A stretch of DNA of 64,000 nucleotides, from contig DAVZJV010000001.1 of assembly GCA_052272595.1 (NCBI GenBank), positions 1,616 through 65,615 on the forward strand, read 5' to 3'. The stretch comes from Alloprevotella sp. (lineage in GTDB: Bacteria > Bacteroidota > Bacteroidia > Bacteroidales > Bacteroidaceae). Below the pieces are notes generated by a model. It ran no database searches. It saw nothing but the letters and a program-made list of their open reading frames with translations, and was not told the DNA's origin. Below are positions 57,970-64,000 of this stretch, in pieces; the first letter of the stretch is position 1; each line of letters starts with the position of its first letter. The translations under genes were made by a program, and so were the position numbers.

Positions 57970-58457
57970 GCAAGATCAGAGTAGGAATGGGCTTCGACGT
58001 TCACCGCCTCGTCGAGGGCCGCGACTTATGGCTTGGCGGCGTCAAGATTCCCCACACCCATGGTCTGCTGGGCCACAGCGATGCCGACGTGCTGATCCAC
58101 GCCATCTGCGACGCCCTCCTCGGTGCCGCAGGCCTGCGAGATATCGGCTACCACTTCCCCGACACTGCAGCAGAATATGCCGGCATCGACAGCAAGGTCC
58201 TTCTGCGTGATACGGTCGCCCTCCTCAACGAGCGCGGGTGGCAGGTCGGCAATGTTGATGCCACCGTCTGCGCCGAAGCGCCGAAGATCAATCCCCACAT
58301 CCCTTCCATGCAAGCCGTTCTCGCCCCGCTCATGGGTCTTGACGCCCCGACCGACGTCAGCATCAAGGCCACGACTACCGAGCGACTCGGCTTTACCGGC
58401 CGCCGCGAGGGAATGTCTGCCTATGCCGTTGCCCTGATCGAACGCAACAAGCTGTAA
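57966..58457 (+). CDS. ispF: 2-C-methyl-D-erythritol 2,4-cyclodiphosphate synthase
   Basis: 163 aa. Motifs GMGFDVHRL and GHSDADVLIHA. ATGA overlap with porV. Confidence 0.93.
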   Translation: MSKIRVGMGFDVHRLVEGRDLWLGGVKIPHTHGLLGHSDADVLIHAICDALLGAAGLRDIGYHFPDTAAEYAGIDSKVLLRDTVALLNERGWQVGNVDATVCAEAPKINPHIPSMQAVLAPLMGLDAPTDVSIKATTTERLGFTGRREGMSAYAVALIERNKL

Positions 58458-58568
58458 AGCCGTTTGCCCACACCGCGTAAAGTGTCTGCTCACGATAGTG
58501 GCTACGCCGTGGTGGGAAAATACAAGCTTGAAAAGGCCCCATACCGCCTCCCCACCCATATTTCAGCA

Positions 58569-58610
58569 AAGACTGCCTTACATCCGAACAAACGGATGCA
58601 AGGCAGTCTT
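58569..58610 (+). terminator. long hairpin downstream of ispF (terminator candidate, weak U-tract)
   Basis: AAGACTGCCTTACATCCG pairs with CGGATGCAAGGCAGTCTT (one mismatch pair). Confidence 0.45.
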
Positions 58611-58696
58611 CGTAAGTACGTGTCTCACCGCAGCGTTAGACTATCCGAGTTGAACACAATTCTTATTACATAATTGGGGCTTTTCACAAAAGTGAG

Positions 58697-58704
58697 TATC
58701 TTTG
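58697..58704 (+). promoter_or_regulatory. candidate -7 box (TATCTTTG)
   Basis: TAnnTTTG match at the start of the structured, lower-GC region, 334 nt upstream of the ATG at 59038. Confidence 0.3.
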
Positions 58705-58765
58705 CCACGCTTGAGCCATTCGGCTCAGCAGCGACATTTGTTCAAGAAGCGTTATGCTCAACTTG

Positions 58766-58887
58766 TAGCTGAAAACCTAGGAAACTTTCAGATTGATACA
58801 AGAGTTGGGCGTAGTGGTTCTCACGCTTACGCGTGGGCTGCTACGTACCACACCGTTGTATCATGGTTTTCCTAGGACCTTCAGCTA
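58766..58887 (+). ncRNA. candidate structured RNA / long 5' leader element (nested three-tier stem-loop)
   Basis: Outer helix TAGCTGAA (58766-58773) pairs with TTCAGCTA (58880-58887). Second helix CCTAGGAAA (58776-58784) pairs with TTTCCTAGG (58868-58876). Third helix GATACAA (58795-58801) pairs with TTGTATC (58856-58862). Apical hairpin CACGC-TTAC-GCGTG (58822-58835). No family recognised. Confidence 0.3.
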
Positions 58888-59037
58888 TCGGCGTGACATG
58901 GCAGTTCCACGCTTCTTGCGTTTGTCTGAATGCATCCTTATAGGAGGAATTTGCGCGCAACTCCTAATTGATACATCCAATAGCGAAAATCTAGGAACCC
59001 TCCCACTAGGAACTGTCTGGGAACATCACTTACATCT

Positions 59038-59544
59038 ATGATCAAGAATTTGATCTTCACTGCCGTCCTTGCCTTTATTGGATTGGCGGCTCAAGCTCAG
59101 ACCCCGCTAAAACGCGGCACATCCGTCCCCATCCGCTTTACCAGCGATCTGAGCAGCAAAAAGAATGCTCCTGAAGCTCAAGTAGTCATTGCCCGTGACG
59201 TGGTAGTTGGAAAGGACGTTGTTATCAAAGGCGGTACGCCTGTCACGGTTAACACAGAGAAACAACCAGCCCGTGGCTGTGGCCGTGCAGGCTCCCTCCA
59301 GGTCTCCTTCATCTCAACTCAAGCTGTAGACGGAACGACCATCAATCTCTATGGTGGATCGATCACACGTGAAGGAAAGGATAAGAAGGGACTTGCTATA
59401 GGTTTGGGCGTGGGCCTGGGATGCTTCACAGCAGGGCCACTTCTAGCATTATTGGCCATCAAGGGCGGCCAGGCAGTAATCCCCGTAAATACCGTTCTAA
59501 ACAATGTGACGGTTGCCGACGATTATGAAATCATAGTAAAGTAA
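59038..59544 (+). CDS. hypothetical secreted/membrane-associated small protein
   Basis: 168 aa with a signal peptide (MIKNLIFTAVLAFIGLAAQA). A Gly-rich hydrophobic segment lies near the C-terminus (GLAIGLGVGLGCFTAGPLLALLAI). GC looks visibly lower than in neighbouring genes. Confidence 0.6.
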   Translation: MIKNLIFTAVLAFIGLAAQAQTPLKRGTSVPIRFTSDLSSKKNAPEAQVVIARDVVVGKDVVIKGGTPVTVNTEKQPARGCGRAGSLQVSFISTQAVDGTTINLYGGSITREGKDKKGLAIGLGVGLGCFTAGPLLALLAIKGGQAVIPVNTVLNNVTVADDYEIIVK

Positions 59545-59596
59545 GGCGGAAGAAATTTTCCCACCTTCCGTACCATGTGCGGAAAATCTAAAAGAA

Positions 59597-59636
59597 CAGC
59601 CGCTGTACAAAAGTAAAAACTTTCGTACAGCGGCTG
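59597..59636. terminator. hairpin between convergent genes (mainly a folE terminator)
   Basis: CAGCCGCTGTAC pairs with GTACAGCGGCTG, extended by AAAG/CTTT. The U-rich tail is on the minus-strand side. Confidence 0.65.
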
Positions 59637-59675
59637 CTGCTATCTAGCAACACGGCTCTGTGAGTATCAAAACCC

Positions 59676-60248
59676 TCAATGCCCTTCCCGACGGATGAGC
59701 TGAAGGAGCTCCTCGCGTGTCTTTGCCTGGTTGAAGGCGCCGCAGAAAGCGCTGGTCACCGTCAGCGAGGCATCCTTCTCTACTCCACGCATCTGCATAC
59801 ACATATGACGCGCTTCCAAGACTACCATTACGCCCATCGGTTCGAGCGCCTCATCGATACAATGCATGATCTGCTGTGTCATGCGCTCCTGCACCTGCAG
59901 TCGGTGAGAGAAGATGTCGACGACACGGGCTAGTTTGGAGAGCCCTGTGATGTAGTCGCGGGGTATGTAGGCCACGTGAGCCTTGCCGTAGAAGGGCAGC
60001 ATGTGGTGCTCGCATAGAGAATAGAAGGATATGTCGCGCACGAGCACCATCTGATCATATTTTTCATGGAAGCGGGCAGACTGAAGAACAGCTGCCGGGT
60101 CCATCTCATAGCCGCGCGTAAGCGTCTGCATAGCCTTCGCTACGCGTTCAGGTGTCTTGAGAAGGCCCTCGCGCTCGGGGTCTTCGCCCAAGAGGCGCAG
60201 GATCTCACGATAGTGCCCCTCGAGCTGCTGCTGGGTGGTTAGCGTCAT
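59676..60248 (-). CDS. folE: GTP cyclohydrolase I
   Basis: 190 aa. Motifs [10 protein letters not shown] and HMCMQMRGV. Confidence 0.93.
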   Translation of the reverse strand: MTLTTQQQLEGHYREILRLLGEDPEREGLLKTPERVAKAMQTLTRGYEMDPAAVLQSARFHEKYDQMVLVRDISFYSLCEHHMLPFYGKAHVAYIPRDYITGLSKLARVVDIFSHRLQVQERMTQQIMHCIDEALEPMGVMVVLEARHMCMQMRGVEKDASLTVTSAFCGAFNQAKTREELLQLIRREGH

Positions 60249-60299
60249 TGCTTGATGGTAGTAGGAAAATTTGATGTTACAGAGAGAGCAGGCCGTGCC

Positions 60300-61085
60300 T
60301 TACTCTACGGGGAGGTTGACCTCCGAACCGACGATACGCACCTCATAGCTCAGGCGGGCACGACGGATGCGGCTGACGTACTTCTGTGCCTCGGCACGCG
60401 TGCGGAAATCACCGACATGGGTCACCCAACGCGGGGCGCTGAAGGAGGTGTAGGCAGCCAGTTCGGGGAACTTATCCCGACACTTCCGCCCCATCTCGAG
60501 CGCACGCTGGCGGTCGGCGCGGGAATTGCCGCCCGTGAAGATGCAGATGCGGAAACCGCGTGCCTTATAGCGCTGGCGGTTGACATGCAGGTGGACCTCA
60601 GGGGCTGCCGGTTCGGGCGTCGCCGCATGGTGGGTAACAGGCGCAGTGCGATGCGCGGTTGCCTTGCCTGCCGCAGCATGGTGCTCGGCTGTCTCAGATG
60701 ACGTATGGTTATTGTCTGGATGCTTCGCAGGCGTCACCGAGGACGTACCCTTCCCCGCAGTGATAGCTGCCGGGTGGGAAGGATGACTGCCCTCGCCCTT
60801 CACCGCAGAGCCGGAGCCTACGGGGCGCGCTGCCGTGACGGGCTTAACCGTCTTAGGCGCTGCCGAAGCACCGCTCACCAGCCGCTCGATCTCAGCCGAC
60901 TGCGTCACCGTCACGGTGCCCTGCCCGGACGTGCCCCGGCTGCGGAGCGTCTGCAGGAGGGTTGACTGGGCGGTTGCCACAGTCACAGCGCCAAATGACA
61001 ACAGCACCGACAAGGCGCAACGGCGCCAGCCGGTCACTGCACGGAGGGAGAGAAAAGAGTAAATGGCCTGAGAGCGTTTCATCAT
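60300..61085 (-). CDS. SPOR domain-containing protein
   Basis: Start placed at MMKRSQ (61085), preceding the signal/anchor. The middle is a low-complexity Ala/Thr/His-rich region. The C-terminal SPOR-like domain reads RGFRICIFTGGNSRADRQRALEMGRK...WVTHVGDFRTRAEAQKY. Confidence 0.75.
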   Translation of the reverse strand: MMKRSQAIYSFLSLRAVTGWRRCALSVLLSFGAVTVATAQSTLLQTLRSRGTSGQGTVTVTQSAEIERLVSGASAAPKTVKPVTAARPVGSGSAVKGEGSHPSHPAAITAGKGTSSVTPAKHPDNNHTSSETAEHHAAAGKATAHRTAPVTHHAATPEPAAPEVHLHVNRQRYKARGFRICIFTGGNSRADRQRALEMGRKCRDKFPELAAYTSFSAPRWVTHVGDFRTRAEAQKYVSRIRRARLSYEVRIVGSEVNLPVE

Positions 61086-61278
61086 CTGCTTGAGATAGGG
61101 AGAGAGACTCGTCGTCAAGGGGGAGCCTCATCGCTGTCCGTGGCACGGAGTCGCTGTCTCACGGCCACAAATGGAGCGGGGATAATAGATAGTAAAACAG
61201 GAAAAAGGACGGCGGGCGATGGCAGCGCTCGCCGTCCTTCGCGGTTACGCGGTCAAGGCCGCGCAGGGAAAATTGGCA

Positions 61279-63240
61279 TTAAGCCTTCCAAGCATCGATG
61301 ATGCCCTTGAAGTCAGCGGCCTTGAGGGCAGCGCCACCGATGAGACCGCCATCAACGTCGGGCTTGGCAAAGAGCTCCTTGGCGTTAGAGGGCTTGCAGC
61401 TACCACCATAGAGGATCGTGATATCCTCGGCAGCCTGAGCACCAAACTTGTCGGCAATCGTCTGGCGGATGAAGGCGTGCATCTCCTCAGCCTGTTCGGC
61501 CGTAGCCGTCTTGCCGGTACCGATGGCCCATACGGGCTCGTAAGCGAGGATGATGTGGCTCAGCTGCTCGGCGGTAAGGCCGAAGAGAGAACCCTCGAGC
61601 TGGGCCTTAACGACCTCGTTCTGACGGCCGGCTTCGCGATCCTCAAGCACCTCGCCGATGCAGAAGATAACGTCAAGACCGTGCTCCAGAGCGAGAGCTA
61701 CCTTCTCCTTCAGGATCTCGGCAGTCTCATGGTAGTAAGCGCGACGCTCGCTGTGACCGAGGATCACATACTGCGCACCCGTGCTCTTGACCATAGCGGC
61801 AGACACCTCACCGGTGTAAGCACCGCTCTCCTTGTCAGCACAGTTCTCGGCACCGAGACCGATGACAGAGCCCTTCAGCAACTCTGCCACGGGGGCGAGG
61901 TGGATGTAAGGCGTGCAGATGATCACGCCACAGGCGGGAGCGTCAGCAGCCAACGTGTCACGCAGTTCGGTAGCCAGGGCGATACCCTCGGGGAGGGTCT
62001 TGTTCATCTTCCAGTTACCGGCAACGATTTTCTTTCTCATGATGTGGTGTTTGTGATTAAAACGTTTGAGATATCTATAGTGTCTGAAATATTTATGTCC
62101 AACCCATAAGCCGTCGGCCACAATGACCAGAAAGAGCGGTACAAGGAACCACAGCGCCAGTCGGCCGAGAGCAACGAAGGAGGTGCGCGGGCTCTGCACG
62201 AGTTGCGCGGGAGACTGCCCCTCTGCCAGCTCCGGAAGGTCGTTGCCGCTCCATTTCCCAACGATTACGCCGTCATGAAGCAACAGTAGCCCGGGATTGC
62301 TGCGCGACATCGCGCGCAGCGCGGTAATGTCAGCACCCAACATCGGATAAGCAGCTCCCGTACGGTCTACCCACTCTGTACGCCCTTTGGCATCAGACGC
62401 CGTGAGCATATAGAAAGGGGCCCCCGCAGCGCGAGCACCATCGTAGAGATCGGCGATGCGGTCACCTACCCCGTCATCCGCCGTTGCGACATCGGGAACG
62501 ATGAGCAAGAAGCTATAACCCCGATGGTCGACGATCGGCATAGTCGCGTCATCGCCCGTAGCCGCATCATAGGCAAAGAAGGATGAGAGCACTTCGCGAT
62601 CGCGTTCGCTTAGGGGGGAGGTCTTTGCTCGAGGAGTCTCGCCCTTTACGACTGACCGCAGGTCGGCTTCCAGTCGGTAGGGCGTGAAATCGAGTACCGG
62701 CAAATAGTGGAGGCTGTAGAGCGCAACCACCAGCGAATAGACGATGGTATAGATGCTCACAAGCCAAGCGTTGCGCTCCGTGATCAGGCGTTTTACATAG
62801 CGACGCCCCGCGAGCAATGCTCCGAGCGAGAGCACCAGCAGCACAACGTTCTTCGCCAATGTCTCGCCGTCTGTCAGCACGATGGCATCACCGAAACAGC
62901 CACAATCGGCAACAGGATGGGATCTGTAAACCCACACGGTCAGCCCCGTCATCACGACCATCAGCAAGGCCGTAAAGCGGAGGGTCAGCAGGCGCTTGAT
63001 CCCCAAGAGCCAATAAAGCCCCAGAGAAAACTCCATGCCGCCGAGCGCGACGGCACCGATGCGCCACACGATTGAAGCATCGCTCCAAGGCAACTCCAGA
63101 CTCGTTCCGTAAGCCGCAAGCTTATGCACCATGCCCATCGGGTCGGCGAGCTTGACGAAGCCCGAGACGAGAAACGTCACTCCCAGCACCATACGGCACA
63201 AGAATAGGTAGGCGAAGAGCAACCGGCGACGAAGCTTCAT
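61279..63240 (-). CDS. tpiA: single 653-aa reading frame joining a MauE/DoxX (BT_3928-like) membrane protein (aa 1 to about 400) to triosephosphate isomerase (aa 401-653)
   Basis: A complete TpiA starts at the internal ATG at 62040 ([36 protein letters not shown]). The upstream module has DoxX/MauE-type TM helices with a CGCFG motif, a thioredoxin-like soluble domain and a final TM helix. No stop codon separates the two. The 20-codon junction (62041-62100) is AT-rich and encodes [19 protein letters not shown]. Confidence 0.8.
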   Translation of the reverse strand: MKLRRRLLFAYLFLCRMVLGVTFLVSGFVKLADPMGMVHKLAAYGTSLELPWSDASIVWRIGAVALGGMEFSLGLYWLLGIKRLLTLRFTALLMVVMTGLTVWVYRSHPVADCGCFGDAIVLTDGETLAKNVVLLVLSLGALLAGRRYVKRLITERNAWLVSIYTIVYSLVVALYSLHYLPVLDFTPYRLEADLRSVVKGETPRAKTSPLSERDREVLSSFFAYDAATGDDATMPIVDHRGYSFLLIVPDVATADDGVGDRIADLYDGARAAGAPFYMLTASDAKGRTEWVDRTGAAYPMLGADITALRAMSRSNPGLLLLHDGVIVGKWSGNDLPELAEGQSPAQLVQSPRTSFVALGRLALWFLVPLFLVIVADGLWVGHKYFRHYRYLKRFNHKHHIMRKKIVAGNWKMNKTLPEGIALATELRDTLAADAPACGVIICTPYIHLAPVAELLKGSVIGLGAENCADKESGAYTGEVSAAMVKSTGAQYVILGHSERRAYYHETAEILKEKVALALEHGLDVIFCIGEVLEDREAGRQNEVVKAQLEGSLFGLTAEQLSHIILAYEPVWAIGTGKTATAEQAEEMHAFIRQTIADKFGAQAAEDITILYGGSCKPSNAKELFAKPDVDGGLIGGAALKAADFKGIIDAWKA

Positions 63241-63349
63241 TACGGAGGTGAGTTAATAAGAGCGTGTGGATGAGATTACCGTGTCAGGGCAGCAACGGCA
63301 ACTTGGCGTCAGCCCCCCGAGTGGGGCCGCCCGATGGCCGATCAGCCGT

Positions 63350-63970
63350 TCAGACAGCCTGAGGTCGATCGCCAACCGACTCATCTCCCACGGATGCATA
63401 GCCCAGATGGATCAGCGCAAAGACGGCATAGTTGAGCATGTCCATATAGTTGGCGCCAACGCCCTCGCTGACGAGGGTCTTTCCCGCAAGGTCTTCGATC
63501 TGCTTCGTGCGGAAGACCTTCATCAGGATCAGGTCGGCCAACGAACTGACGCGCATGGCACGCCATGCCTCATCGTAATCGTGATTTTTTCGGATCATCA
63601 GCGCTAGCGCCCCAGCCGCCTCGCGGTCATAGGCCTCAAGCGCTTCGTCTACGTTTAGATCCTCGCCCGAGGCTGGGCCCAGACGAAGCTGTATCAAAGC
63701 GATGATGCTGTAGTTTACGATGCCGACAAACTCAGCCGTCTCGTCCTCAGGCACCATGGCCTTACCCTTCAGCTGCAACGAACGGATGCGAGCTGCCTTG
63801 ATATAGAGCTGATCTGTCAGCGAAGGAGGGCGCATGATGCGCCACGCCGTGCCATAATCATGAAGCTTGCGTGCATAGAGGTCACGGCAGCGGGAGAGCA
63901 CTGTGCGAAACTCACGCTCCGTCACCCCGCCCGCTTTGGGGGAAGCCGTGTCAGTTGCAGTGGTGGACAT
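63350..63970 (-). CDS. DUF1599 domain-containing protein
   Basis: 206 aa with two internal repeats of the motif KxHDYG/YDEAWRxMR...L.D....K..R. It sits upstream of the DoxX-like/tpiA/SPOR/folE genes, an arrangement I recall from Bacteroides. Confidence 0.7.
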   Translation of the reverse strand: MSTTATDTASPKAGGVTEREFRTVLSRCRDLYARKLHDYGTAWRIMRPPSLTDQLYIKAARIRSLQLKGKAMVPEDETAEFVGIVNYSIIALIQLRLGPASGEDLNVDEALEAYDREAAGALALMIRKNHDYDEAWRAMRVSSLADLILMKVFRTKQIEDLAGKTLVSEGVGANYMDMLNYAVFALIHLGYASVGDESVGDRPQAV

Positions 63971-64000
63971 CTGGAGTACGTTTATAACTTTTCACGTGCA

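Noticed and set aside
58464-59041. 69-aa and 82-aa ORFs in the ispF / small-protein gap
   Set aside because: Neither has a convincing start (one uses TTG), and both are compositionally odd. The region's strong nested complementarity favours an RNA or leader interpretation. The 47-aa ATG-started version with an ATGA overlap is kept only as an alternative in the finding.
61219-62109. 296-aa plus-strand ORF opposite tpiA
   Set aside because: The minus-strand frame holds every TpiA signature, so this ORF is an antisense artefact.
1-64000. Search for rRNA, tRNA, transposase/integrase, prophage, toxin-antitoxin or known defence-system genes
   Set aside because: I found no conserved tRNA T-arm (GGTTCGAATCC-like) or rRNA segments by eye. 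No ORF carries DDE, tyrosine-recombinase, phage or defence hallmarks. Apart from the small islet at 58.5-59.7 kb, the window reads as core chromosome.

Overview
This window looks like a GC-rich (judged by eye) chromosomal segment of a Bacteroidota genome, probably Porphyromonadaceae/Tannerellaceae-like. Supporting signs are TAnnTTTG-type -7 promoter boxes, no Shine-Dalgarno sequences, type IX secretion (T9SS) genes and BACON/LRR/M60 surface-protein architectures. All family calls come from motif recognition and ORF arithmetic only; no database search or folding program was run.

The window is mostly housekeeping and densely coded on both strands:
- Cofactor and nucleotide metabolism: nadE, nadK, pdxJ, panC, panD, folE, ispF, a dxs-like gene, pyrF, tpiA.
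- Translation and ribosome biogenesis: rpmF, era, der, a CCA-adding enzyme.
- DNA repair: recG, ruvA.
- Envelope: htrA-like protease, TamB-like protein, MlaEF, an OmpA/TPR/PD40 protein, a SPOR protein.
- Transport and lipid synthesis: fused feoAB, fabH.

The most distinctive block is 44.1-58.5 kb. There the T9SS translocon gene sprA/sov lies next to porU and porV, separated only by a small FAH-like gene. A T9SS-cargo LRR protein and an M60-like/BACON/discoidin metalloprotease sit at 5.2-9.6 kb.

I found no rRNA, tRNA, CRISPR array, transposase, integrase, prophage or recognisable defence system, and I cannot point to one clear new multi-gene system.

The observations worth a second look are:
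1. An APH/AmgK-type kinase fused to a RapZ C-terminal domain.
2. A 21-nt tandem-repeat family present at two intergenic loci and built around CTAG palindromes.
3. A roughly 240-nt internally duplicated, terminator-closed leader upstream of nadE.
4. A lower-GC 1.2-kb islet between ispF and folE that holds a nested stem-loop RNA candidate and a small secreted/membrane protein.
5. An in-frame read-through that joins a MauE/DoxX (BT_3928-like) membrane protein to TpiA.
6. A Cys-rich insertion in the FeoB G-domain.
7. A small inverted-repeat element between convergent genes at 13.8 kb.
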